Positions 10,601 through 19,154 of a DNA stretch of 64,000 bases are shown in pieces (within the stretch, counting starts at the first letter, position 1; every line of letters starts with the position of its first letter). The translations under genes were made by a program, and so were the position numbers. Under the pieces are notes generated by a model, which was given only the letters and a program-made list of their open reading frames with translations, did no database searches and was not told the DNA's origin. This DNA comes from a virus. The DNA lies in the IMG/VR virus record IMGVR_UViG_3300045911_000130, positions 39,464 to 103,463 of that record. The stretch is one strand, 5' to 3'.

Positions 10601-13600
10601 GCGCTCGATTAAATTCTGATGCGCCATCGCGATTTCAGTTCATTCAGGAACTCGCCTCCGGCACGGTGGGAAGTTCTGACACATTCCCGATCACCGATGC
10701 TACCGGCCTGGGTGGCAACGCGATTAAGTTCAGCATGGCGACTCCGGCATTTACTGGTGGCTCGCCGGAAACGCAGAAGCTCTTCACGCAAGTAATCCTA
10801 GAGCTTTCCAACCCGGATAGCGACGTTGCGGTTGTACCGTATTACGATTTCGCCAGTATCCCAGGCGGGGACAGCTTTATCATTCCGGCTCAGCGTGGGA
10901 CCTGTACGGTTACGGGGACGGCGTGTGCTCGTAATACTGGCGTGCTATTCACTGCCGACATGGTGGGATCAGCAATTCGGTTTTCCAATGGCACGCTGAA
11001 CGTCATAGCGGCTTTCGTCAATGCGAACGCAGTGACGCTACAAACTGCGCAAACTTTTAGCGGTACATTCTATCTTCTCAGGCGTCGGCGTGTTCCGTTG
11101 CCTTTGAATCAGACTCAAATAGTCGGACAAACCCTAGGGCGTGAAGCCTACGCGATATCTTACCAGATCAGCGGCGAAGGCCGCATCGCTCCGACTTTTA
11201 ACAGTCTCACGTTCGACTTTGCTCCGCTTGCTGAGATACAGCGCGGCAAGAATGTTGACTGGGATGATCTTGGATATCCCTATGATAAGTGGCTGAAAAC
11301 CTTAAGCATCGAATACAACATGAACGGGCAAGACGTTCTAATGTATCTCGACACGATCAGCGGGATTGAAGGCGAAACGCAGACGCTCGGAGTAATGCAG
11401 TTTTCTTTAGGAGGCACTGGAACTGGACGCTCCAAGGCGAATATCCCCGTTGTTTCGCAAGCCACGGATCGCGTTATCTGCAAGATGATGCGGCTTCGGC
11501 CAGCGGTTCAAGGTTCTAACATTCAGATTTTTGATTACAATTTAGACTTTGAGCAATACCCGGCTGATATTACGCGCTTCACCGACCCCAGCGACTACGG
11601 CAAGCCATGGGAAAAGTATTTCAATCAGTTGGTCATGGAGGTTGATACTGGCGGCGTGGCTGCGCAGGTTTTCATCTTCATTGACGGTTCGGGCACTCCA
11701 GCGCAAGGTCTGACGGTGACATCCACCAACACCGACCGAATGCGGCTTCTCACGTTGAGAAACGGAATTCGGGGCCGCATGGCGCGGCTTGCTGTGATTC
11801 CAGGTGTGGGCGGGAAGTTCCAGTTATTTAAGCACGACTTCGTGACGACTCCGGCTGACAAAGGGCCAGTTACTCATACCTACGATTGGAGCAATCTTGG
11901 GCATCCAGACGACAAGCGCATGTACCATATGTCGTTTGAGTACGAAGTAACCAATACGATGGAAGTGCAGTTGAGCGGAACTGTCGGTATTGGTAATTCG
12001 CAGGTTCCACAAAACATCACGACGTTTACGCTGACTCCTGGGGGCCGCAAAGAAGTAACGTATCAATTCCCGATTAATTCGGTGTACAAGCTGATCCGCT
12101 TGCAGCCGACGCTGACTAATCCACTTACGGACGCCAAGATCTACGTTCCTCAGTGGCAATTTGAAAAGTATCCACCGGACATTGTGCCTTACACGGAGCC
12201 TTCCAATTGGGGCTCACCATACCGGAAATACTTTCAGCAATTAAATTTGGATGTGGATACTGGCGGCGTCAATGCGACTGTGCAAATCGAAATTGACGGC
12301 AATATAGTGCAATCGCTTACCGTCAACACAACAGCGCTGAATCGTCTAGTCAATCTGACGTTGCTTGGTAACTTACTCGGGAGGCAAGCCCGCATTATCA
12401 ATACTGCGGGGCCGGGCGGCAAGTTCCAACTTTTTAACCACGAATTTATTACGCTTGCAGCCGACAAGGGGCCGGTTCTTCATACCTATGACTGGACCAA
12501 CAACGGCCATCCCTATGACAAACGGTTTTATGAAATAGCATTTGAATATGAAGTTCCAGTGCCGATGAATATGGTACTGGAGGGCCGTTCTGGAATCGGC
12601 GGGAACCAGACGACGACCGTGATTACAACGCTGGCTTTGACGCCGGGCGGTCGCAATATGCAGAATTACGCTTTCCCGAACAATAGCGTATACAAGCAAG
12701 TCCGTCTGAGGCCGGAAGCCGGAGTACCGCCGGAAGGCGCTCGCATCTATCAGCCGGTATTTCAGGCAGAGAACTATCCGCCTGATGTAGTGCCATTCAC
12801 CGAACCATTAGACTACGGCACTCCATACGACAAGTACTTTAATCAATTGGACTTGGACGTGGATACTGGCGGAGTGACCGCTACGGTCCAAGTGGAAATT
12901 GATGGCGCGGTTGTCCAAACCTTGCAGGTGACGACCACTCAATACGACCGTAAGCGTAACTTAACCCTATTGCCGCAGTTGAAAGGCAAGCTTGGCCGCA
13001 TTGTCAACACAGCAGGGCCGGGCGGCAAATTCCAACTATTCAATCAAACTTTTATTGTGGTCCCGGCTGATCCGGGGCCTGTGGTTCATAGTTTCGATTG
13101 GGACAATTTAGGACATCCTTACGATAAGCGCTTAAAGAGTGTAACTCTTGAGTACGACCCAGACGGTGTAAGCGGTGTCAACATGTTGATGGACACTATC
13201 ACCGGCAACGATGGGACCATCCTTACGTTGGACGCATTGACGTTCCCGCTCGCTGGGAGTGACCGCAGCCTACAGACATTTCCGATCCCAGATGGGACCG
13301 TAGTCAAGATGATTCGCTTTCATCCTCAGACTACTGGCGTCAATTGGAAGCATTGGAAGTATACCTTTGACTTTGAGCGGATGCCGCAAGATACGCTTCT
13401 GTTTACGGAGTTCGACGATCTTGGCTATCCATGCGAAAAGATACTTCGCAGCATTAACATTGATGCGGATACGGGCGGAGTGACAGCAGATTTGCACCTT
13501 GAGGTAGACGGACAAATCTCACACACTTTCCAGGTGCAGACGACTGAATTCGACCGAACCAGAGTTTTGACGCCTCCCAGCGACATCATCGGATTCCGGT

Positions 13601-14079
13601 TCCGCATGAAACTTGTACCAGGGCTGGGCGGGAAATTCCAGTTATTCAAGTACCAATACGACCGGCTCTTGGAACCGTGCCGGGTAAACCGATGGGACAG
13701 CTATGAGCAAAGTTTTGGCAGTAATGGGTACAAGTTCATGAAGCAAGTTTGGTTGGAATACACCAGTACTTGCTCATTGGCAATGTTCATCTATCGGGAT
13801 GACGGCGAATTGTTTCACGTGGAACCTCTTCCGGCGCATGACACGCGGTCCGTTTATCGCTTTTTCGTGCCCAAGGTTGGCGACCCTTCTGTCGTTGGTG
13901 CCGAAAAACGTTACAATAAGAGCAAAATTTATAGGTTTGTGATGGTGGCCGACAATACAGACGGCTGGTTTAAGTTCTACCGGGATGCGTCTCGCGTTGA
14001 GACGCTGAACACTGGACAGGATCAGCGGGCTGGATATCAGCAGCACTATCTGTTTACGCAAATGCCAATTCCGGTGTAA
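7678..14079 (+). CDS. Large tail nozzle / tubular-B-like protein (2133 aa) with tandem C-terminal domains
   Basis: N-terminal 'GL...D...L.PGE..EL.N....GAM..R.G' and beta-propeller-like 'LWYLSYDGIYAWTGG...KISEAV' as in P22 gp10/T7 gp12-like proteins; position after adaptors. Confidence 0.65.
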   Translation: MKPQSTVTSKFLNRGLILRKDQDSLEPGEYYELLNMQSVQEGAMTLRLGNADLAPTLAASLWPNTSGNRLHTITKLTLSPDNTQNPRYIGYGNLIYRTTPQANGEYTSATSIALDGSEVAGAPPVPNPQPYLQKNERWGSAVYNTGTQGQSSQYFATSKGLARHDGGTGKLQLWGVPAPLAPAVAVVGAASIVNVLTPNSGPFRIQIQITGSTPISVIGTAGYYRYSYNVVSGQPPAENMILYNGSETIQVAAIDPASNSFFAYTNTAKTGVWYDRGTSLQPSTAGVVQATVSFFAAKNLSLNGDPKDQFDTVDPVYISIYVDQPQVIQDLRIRLGVGETADPGGNPTNFYETVVTPSTIAPVVTAATDPANQANVYDYARQRADLVNQGIVGDFINENDYLLQQTRPQEFPPTIFGEPVWVQIGPQKREFVTVGKAGQPGFDWRSITSVTIIARSQNSAITTPFNVALGNVAAVGGGGPDAAQPGYFPYNYLYRYRNAKSNAPGNPCVDQPDNSGVIPKRQSVIVRVRGTETAVAGQPQRDDLYGAGTLQVFRRGGLFSDGLYRLVKNHFNPLTITGTISGTTLTKTSNANWQFASFLVGASVTYTNGSVPRSTTITAILSGQQVQLADADAFTGVIQIGTIVIDNTADEDILGAEVMEFDNDQPVTSTLKQAVSGVIGAFLFGGGGIGINRITVGSQRGDAPAVRIGSIINIGSGSSYEQARIIFIYGNNPLNIEVYFQKTHTVGEQIEVNAAAGQPCTLTCVVGDAAFIAGDPNNEGLLYKSKQGNPEAFPVVNQVTRNLNIVQVTAPSQRLVEITEWNGEVCALTSVGIKTIRIWNGDLTPPQETPANRGLMDRRCYAKGDNRLWYLSYDGIYAWTGGQSLKISEAVNWIFQGRTVNGIPPLDYNNLTFACMEYAQNTLYFSYLAQNGLFYRLRYETMFDRWHLDITNSTAGNTDVVTAYYRELDTGHLLGARLNSDAPSRFQFIQELASGTVGSSDTFPITDATGLGGNAIKFSMATPAFTGGSPETQKLFTQVILELSNPDSDVAVVPYYDFASIPGGDSFIIPAQRGTCTVTGTACARNTGVLFTADMVGSAIRFSNGTLNVIAAFVNANAVTLQTAQTFSGTFYLLRRRRVPLPLNQTQIVGQTLGREAYAISYQISGEGRIAPTFNSLTFDFAPLAEIQRGKNVDWDDLGYPYDKWLKTLSIEYNMNGQDVLMYLDTISGIEGETQTLGVMQFSLGGTGTGRSKANIPVVSQATDRVICKMMRLRPAVQGSNIQIFDYNLDFEQYPADITRFTDPSDYGKPWEKYFNQLVMEVDTGGVAAQVFIFIDGSGTPAQGLTVTSTNTDRMRLLTLRNGIRGRMARLAVIPGVGGKFQLFKHDFVTTPADKGPVTHTYDWSNLGHPDDKRMYHMSFEYEVTNTMEVQLSGTVGIGNSQVPQNITTFTLTPGGRKEVTYQFPINSVYKLIRLQPTLTNPLTDAKIYVPQWQFEKYPPDIVPYTEPSNWGSPYRKYFQQLNLDVDTGGVNATVQIEIDGNIVQSLTVNTTALNRLVNLTLLGNLLGRQARIINTAGPGGKFQLFNHEFITLAADKGPVLHTYDWTNNGHPYDKRFYEIAFEYEVPVPMNMVLEGRSGIGGNQTTTVITTLALTPGGRNMQNYAFPNNSVYKQVRLRPEAGVPPEGARIYQPVFQAENYPPDVVPFTEPLDYGTPYDKYFNQLDLDVDTGGVTATVQVEIDGAVVQTLQVTTTQYDRKRNLTLLPQLKGKLGRIVNTAGPGGKFQLFNQTFIVVPADPGPVVHSFDWDNLGHPYDKRLKSVTLEYDPDGVSGVNMLMDTITGNDGTILTLDALTFPLAGSDRSLQTFPIPDGTVVKMIRFHPQTTGVNWKHWKYTFDFERMPQDTLLFTEFDDLGYPCEKILRSINIDADTGGVTADLHLEVDGQISHTFQVQTTEFDRTRVLTPPSDIIGFRFRMKLVPGLGGKFQLFKYQYDRLLEPCRVNRWDSYEQSFGSNGYKFMKQVWLEYTSTCSLAMFIYRDDGELFHVEPLPAHDTRSVYRFFVPKVGDPSVVGAEKRYNKSKIYRFVMVADNTDGWFKFYRDASRVETLNTGQDQRAGYQQHYLFTQMPIPV
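10730..14000 (+). repeat. About 10 tandem ~100-aa domains alternating in two types (~203-aa period)
   Basis: Recurrent 'G(H/Y)P.DK(R/W)' and 'G.P..KYF.QL..DVDTGGV.A.V...IDG...GGKFQLF'. Confidence 0.85.
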
Positions 14080-14081
14080 GC

Positions 14082-17000
14082 ATGGCTAAAAACACCATAA
14101 GCGATTTGACGATTTCGGACCTGCAAGATCCAACACTGTTTCGTCTGAATTCGGTTTTGCGTTTTCTTGCGCAGCAAGTGACAGCCGTTCAAACTGGCAG
14201 TGGACCCTATCGCTTTGTAGACCGCATTACGGCTCCAGCTATGTTTCTGGATACGGATGCCATTCCAACCGATCCGTTGGCTGTGCTGACAAAGGGCGCG
14301 GCGGACAAGCTGTACAGCCCGGAAGCGCTCGGAGCGGCTCTGAGCACTGGTCGCTTTGAGGGCCAACCAATCGGAGGCGGCGGTGTTGGCGGCGGTAGTG
14401 GAACCGGCGGCGGAAGCGGCAGCACTACGCAAGTACAAGTTTCCTACGGCGTGTTTTACGCCAATTCCATACAGCGCCAACTCAATCAGAAGCTTGGCGA
14501 TCAGGTCTCGGTTCTCGACTTTGGCGCGGTCGGAGACGATACCACTGACAGCACAATGGCATTTCAGAATGCGCTGGACGCGGTGCAGGCCGCCGGGCGC
14601 TCGACGGAAATCTTGGTGCCAGCCGGAACGTATCGTCTGCGGCAAGTCAAGATCAATCCAAACACACCGCCGGTGCGCTTTGTGGGGCAGGGGGAAGGTT
14701 CAGTACTGAAGTTCTGGACACGCTACAATACGGCGTCGGAAACCTGGGATGTGCCAGCCGGGGAAGGGCGCATATTCATTCAAAGCTCTAATGTCGCATT
14801 CAAGGATCTTGTATTGGACGGCAATCAAACGGTGCCAGTGCAGTTTAGCTACGATGCTATCCCGAATAGAGACATGCTCTCCAATGTGGTGACGGATCGC
14901 TCGATGATCTGGGTAAAACCCACTTCTGGAAATCCAGTATCCGGTATCAACTTAAGCGGCGTTATCATGCGCCATGTGCTAGGGCATGGTTTGATTCTCG
15001 ATACCTCCTCTGCGGCTATCCGCGATGTATGCGTGGTCAATGTCAGGTGGGAGCAAACACGCTCTGGTCTGTTCGGCGTAACTACCGTCTCAGCGGTGGT
15101 GAATCGGACGGGCGCTTCCGTGGCGCGGGTGTCCGGTGGCGTATTCGTCGGCGGCATGGCTGGGCAGTACGTGGTCATTGGATCGCGAGCCTATCGCGTG
15201 CAGTCTGTTGTGGATGGCAACACGTTGACGCTCGCCAACGACGAGGCCGGGAATCCCCCATTTGGCTCAGAGACCGGGGTGAGCTTCTGGTGGGGCTCAG
15301 ACATGCAGTATGGTGGGCCGATGGCCTGCGTCTACTATCGCGGCAACGGGCAGGCGCAAGGCGACCCGATGCTAAGCAATCTGGTCATCGTGGGCAACAC
15401 TTTCCGGCGCTTCAACGGCGAGTGCGTGAAGGGAGACGCCTTGGGCATCGAGGCGCTTCATTCCGGGATCAGCATATCTGGCAACGTGTTCTGGGAAATC
15501 GGTTACGGAACGGCGTGTCCGGGCTTTAGCGATGGCGTGACGGTAAGCGGCAACGGTGGCCGCCGGATCGGTTACGTGACCACTTCGGACGCGGCGGCGG
15601 CAATTCCCAAGTATCTTGCCAACAACAATGCGTCCGTAATGCGAACTTACGGGCTGGTTCGCTCGTTCTCTGTCACCTGCAATTCTTTCTTGAATTTCAA
15701 CGGCAACGGCATCTGGCTTAGTGGCGCTTCCAATGGTTCTTGCACAGGCAACGCGCTTGCGATTGCCAATCCAGGCACGTCGCTGTTCAATGAAGATAGC
15801 GTCGGAGGATACGGCACCGTTGGAAATAACCTCAGCACTGGAATCTATGTTGATAACTACTTTCAGGAACAAGGCGCGGACCGTGTGGTAGTAGCGGCCA
15901 ACTCTATCACGAATACGGGATTGGGGGGCATACTTCTCCGAAATGCACGTCGGTGCGCAATCAAGACTAATAGCATTTCGTTGAATTCGACTGCCTTGGA
16001 AATTCCTATATTCATCACTAACTTTAAGGGGATTGTCGGCGGCGCACTGCAAACCTATGCGCAGTGGCAAGCGAGCAGCAATCATCGAAGCTACGACAAT
16101 GACATCTGCGACAACGTTCTTTACATGGAAAATGGCGTCAAGGTGGGAATTCAAGAAGTTACGCTAAATGATCCTACAACTAACAATCCTTTTCTGTGGC
16201 AATCGACTGATGTAAACCGCATCTTCGACAACCGGATGCTGGGCACCAACAGGGGAGAGTTTATCAAGGCTGCGCAATCCGGCAGTTATGTTGGCGCAAG
16301 TTGGTCTTCCCCGGACCCGGCGGCTACCGGCATCAGCCGTCTGGATCTCATTCGGGATGGGTTTGCCAGCACAGCGCGAACCACATGGCGCGTCAATGAA
16401 AGTGGCACGGTAAGCGAGATCATGCGGCTGTTGGATGCCAAGCCGCAATTGCAGATAGGTGCGGATACGGCGGCCAAAGGCATGGTGCTGACAGGCAACC
16501 GATCCGGGCTGCAATTCAACGATCTTGTCGGCACCGGCAAAGTGTACCTGGACGGATTTTTGTGGGTGCGGGCAGACACGTATAGCGCCGCTGAAGCCGA
16601 CAGCCTTGACGACACGCAAGGTCTCATTGCATGGGATGCCGCGAACAAAAAGCTTGTGGCAAGCGAAACGACCAACAGCGGCGCTCGCGTTTGGCAGAAT
16701 CTCTTGGGCCAGGATACGGACCCCGGTGGCCCGGATCAGGCGATTCAGTTCAATAACTCTGGAAGCTTTGCGGGCTCTGCAAATTTGCTTTTCGACTCAG
16801 CGACACGCCTAGTTTCTCTCCTGGGGACTATGCACATCGTGGCAGACGCGGCAAACAACGCCGACATCGTGTTAATAGTCCGGGCAGCGGCTGGTCAGAC
16901 TGGCAACTTGCAGGAATGGCGCGATGGCAATGGCAATTCTCTTGTGGCTATCGCTCCGAACGGTGGCTTGTATTTTAGGACGGCGGCGCTTGTTCCAGCC

Positions 17001-17636
17001 GGTGGCGTAGGAGTTATTGGTTATAACACGGCTACCGGGAAAATGCAGGTTTCTAATAATGGGGGTGCCTTTGAAGATATTGTGATCGGACCGGTCATTA
17101 AAAGCATTAACGGCCTGACCAATTCGGCTATCAGCATTGTTCAGGGAGACGGTATCATTGTCAGCAATTCTCCGCCCGGCACAATCTCCATCGCAAACAA
17201 CGGCGTATTATCTTTCAATGGTTCTGTCGGCCCAATTTCGTTAGCGTCGGCTGGACTTCCAAATGGGATAGTTATAAGTCCGGTTGGACCATCTAGTTTT
17301 GTAATATCGTTGCCTCAGCCTCTTGGGACGACCGCTGGGCCTCAATTCGATACACTCCTGCTTGTGAATCAATCCCAATCCATACAGGCGTTTGGTAGTA
17401 TCGTAATCCTTCCATTTGACCCAAATGTAGGGTATTTTATGGGAGGCACCAAAGTCATCGACAACGCAGGAAGATTTGTTGGTAGCGCGATTCTGACGCC
17501 GGGGCAGGCGCAGGCCGGCTCGTTCGTAGCTCCTCAATACTTCAGCAGTGCATCCGGTACGCCGATTCCGGGAAGAACAGGCAACATTGTTATAAGTGGA
17601 ACGACTATTACTTGTTCCGGCGGCTTGATTATATGA
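14082..17636 (+). CDS. Tailspike / tail fibre with pectate-lyase-like beta-helix (putative depolymerase)
   Basis: 'VSVLDFGAVGDDTTDSTMAFQNALDA...ILVPAGTY'; Asn-ladder repeats; fibre motif 'PGGPDQAIQFNNSGSFAG'. Confidence 0.85.
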   Translation: MAKNTISDLTISDLQDPTLFRLNSVLRFLAQQVTAVQTGSGPYRFVDRITAPAMFLDTDAIPTDPLAVLTKGAADKLYSPEALGAALSTGRFEGQPIGGGGVGGGSGTGGGSGSTTQVQVSYGVFYANSIQRQLNQKLGDQVSVLDFGAVGDDTTDSTMAFQNALDAVQAAGRSTEILVPAGTYRLRQVKINPNTPPVRFVGQGEGSVLKFWTRYNTASETWDVPAGEGRIFIQSSNVAFKDLVLDGNQTVPVQFSYDAIPNRDMLSNVVTDRSMIWVKPTSGNPVSGINLSGVIMRHVLGHGLILDTSSAAIRDVCVVNVRWEQTRSGLFGVTTVSAVVNRTGASVARVSGGVFVGGMAGQYVVIGSRAYRVQSVVDGNTLTLANDEAGNPPFGSETGVSFWWGSDMQYGGPMACVYYRGNGQAQGDPMLSNLVIVGNTFRRFNGECVKGDALGIEALHSGISISGNVFWEIGYGTACPGFSDGVTVSGNGGRRIGYVTTSDAAAAIPKYLANNNASVMRTYGLVRSFSVTCNSFLNFNGNGIWLSGASNGSCTGNALAIANPGTSLFNEDSVGGYGTVGNNLSTGIYVDNYFQEQGADRVVVAANSITNTGLGGILLRNARRCAIKTNSISLNSTALEIPIFITNFKGIVGGALQTYAQWQASSNHRSYDNDICDNVLYMENGVKVGIQEVTLNDPTTNNPFLWQSTDVNRIFDNRMLGTNRGEFIKAAQSGSYVGASWSSPDPAATGISRLDLIRDGFASTARTTWRVNESGTVSEIMRLLDAKPQLQIGADTAAKGMVLTGNRSGLQFNDLVGTGKVYLDGFLWVRADTYSAAEADSLDDTQGLIAWDAANKKLVASETTNSGARVWQNLLGQDTDPGGPDQAIQFNNSGSFAGSANLLFDSATRLVSLLGTMHIVADAANNADIVLIVRAAAGQTGNLQEWRDGNGNSLVAIAPNGGLYFRTAALVPAGGVGVIGYNTATGKMQVSNNGGAFEDIVIGPVIKSINGLTNSAISIVQGDGIIVSNSPPGTISIANNGVLSFNGSVGPISLASAGLPNGIVISPVGPSSFVISLPQPLGTTAGPQFDTLLLVNQSQSIQAFGSIVILPFDPNVGYFMGGTKVIDNAGRFVGSAILTPGQAQAGSFVAPQYFSSASGTPIPGRTGNIVISGTTITCSGGLII

Positions 17637-17959
17637 AACTACAACTATTCATGAACACGCGAATATCCTTGCATTACATGCTGAGGATGGCAAGCGGAAC
17701 GCTCGCAGAAATGTTAGTTTTGGGGGACATCAATAATAAGATTGCTCCATCCAAGGAAGAGATATCGCAGTACAGCGCGATCACGAACGACGGTCGAATA
17801 GTTATCAAGAATTCCGCCAAAGAATGCGAGCCTCTGATTGTCGAATTGGCCGCAGAGGAAGGCAGGCGATTGGTTAAATTTTTGCAGAACTATCCAACTT
17901 ACAGCATGGAGGATGCCGTATGGGCAAACGAAATAATTCGATTACTCGACCGCCAGTAA
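17633..17959 (+). CDS. Hypothetical protein (possible fibre-associated protein)
   Basis: ATGA overlap with the tailspike stop codon. Confidence 0.55.
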   Translation: MKLQLFMNTRISLHYMLRMASGTLAEMLVLGDINNKIAPSKEEISQYSAITNDGRIVIKNSAKECEPLIVELAAEEGRRLVKFLQNYPTYSMEDAVWANEIIRLLDRQ

Positions 17960-18594
17960 TTCAATACGAACGGATGAGCAAGGATGAATTTGCTTATGCG
18001 TATCGTTACAACGATCTGTATTGTGTTGGTTGCATACCGGATAATGTTGCCCAATATCTTGCTGACAACTTTCATGCGCAGATGGCCGAAAAGCTTTATC
18101 CGGCAACGCAAGATTGGGCTGATTGGGTAAAGCAGCGAACGGCCGATTCATTGATGCGTCCGGCGGTGATGTTTGTGATAAATGGGGCGGATGGGAAAGC
18201 CGAAATAGCCGGTGCATCCTGGATCGAAGATTCCAGAATGATCTCGGATGACAAGTGGGCTGGAGAAATGGCGTTTGCAATTCTACCTGGCTACCGCGAG
18301 TATTCATTCTTGTTCGCACGCATGGCGATTGAATGGGCGTTTCGGGAAACGATTGGCTTGAGCACGCTGTATTCGTTCATCCACGTCGATAATCGCCGGA
18401 GCGTGTGGTTTGCGGGTCAACTCGGCTTTGAAGTGAGCGCACCGATGCCCGGCTTCTTTGGGCGGCGTGGCAGCAGCCATCGGGGTCATTTGGTGAGTCT
18501 CACGCAGAGACATTGGAATCGGCTTGGGACCATTGAAGAGAAAGTGGAACAAGTTGCAGATATGGTGCAGAATGTAAAAGTGGCAGGTGAATAA
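17920..18594 (+). CDS. GNAT-family acetyltransferase-like protein (T7 gp13-like position)
   Basis: 'FAILPGYRE...AIEWAF...GLSTLYSFIHVDNRRSVWFAGQLGF' RimJ/RimL-type motifs; precedes ejection genes. Confidence 0.7.
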   Translation: MGKRNNSITRPPVIQYERMSKDEFAYAYRYNDLYCVGCIPDNVAQYLADNFHAQMAEKLYPATQDWADWVKQRTADSLMRPAVMFVINGADGKAEIAGASWIEDSRMISDDKWAGEMAFAILPGYREYSFLFARMAIEWAFRETIGLSTLYSFIHVDNRRSVWFAGQLGFEVSAPMPGFFGRRGSSHRGHLVSLTQRHWNRLGTIEEKVEQVADMVQNVKVAGE

Positions 18595-19154
18595 TGAGCG
18601 GCAAGAGCAATCGTCAAAAGCAACTCGAACAGCAACAAGACAAAACAACGTCGGACCTTTTGAGCATTGCGAAAACCCAGCAAACACAGGGCACACAAGA
18701 ACTGGCTCAGCGCAACGAACTTCGCCAGCCGTTCATCGATCAGCAAAAGGCGCTCGCCAGTGGTAACATGAACGCCATCCGAACCGCCGCTTCGCCAGTG
18801 TTCGGCCAAATCGAAGCCGAAGCTCAGGCGCAGGCCAACCAAGTTCGCAATACGCTTACGGGCGCGAGTCGCGACTTTGCACTGGCCGAAGTCAATCGTG
18901 GCAAGACGAGTTCCATTTACGATTTCATTCGCAAAGCGTATCTTCAGGCTCCTGCTAACTTGGCGGCCTTGGGGACTGAAAATGCTGGAGTTGGACAGGG
19001 TTTGTTACAAGGCGCAACCGGCGCGTTGTCCGGCGGCATAAATGCGATGAGCAATCAGCAGCAATTAGAGGCGCAACGCCGCGCTCAATCGCTTGGTTTG
19101 GTTAGCAACTTATTCAACTTTGCCGGAATGGCGGCAGGAGGGTTTGGTAAATAA
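18594..19154 (+). CDS. Internal virion / DNA ejection protein 1
   Basis: Gln/Ala/Gly-rich helical protein with hydrophobic C-terminus; TAATG coupling. Confidence 0.65.
   Translation: MSGKSNRQKQLEQQQDKTTSDLLSIAKTQQTQGTQELAQRNELRQPFIDQQKALASGNMNAIRTAASPVFGQIEAEAQAQANQVRNTLTGASRDFALAEVNRGKTSSIYDFIRKAYLQAPANLAALGTENAGVGQGLLQGATGALSGGINAMSNQQQLEAQRRAQSLGLVSNLFNFAGMAAGGFGK

Noticed and set aside
11260-14000. Tail repeats as DGR template/variable repeats or a CRISPR array
   Set aside because: In-frame protein domain repeats with dispersed divergence; no reverse transcriptase and no repeat-spacer pattern
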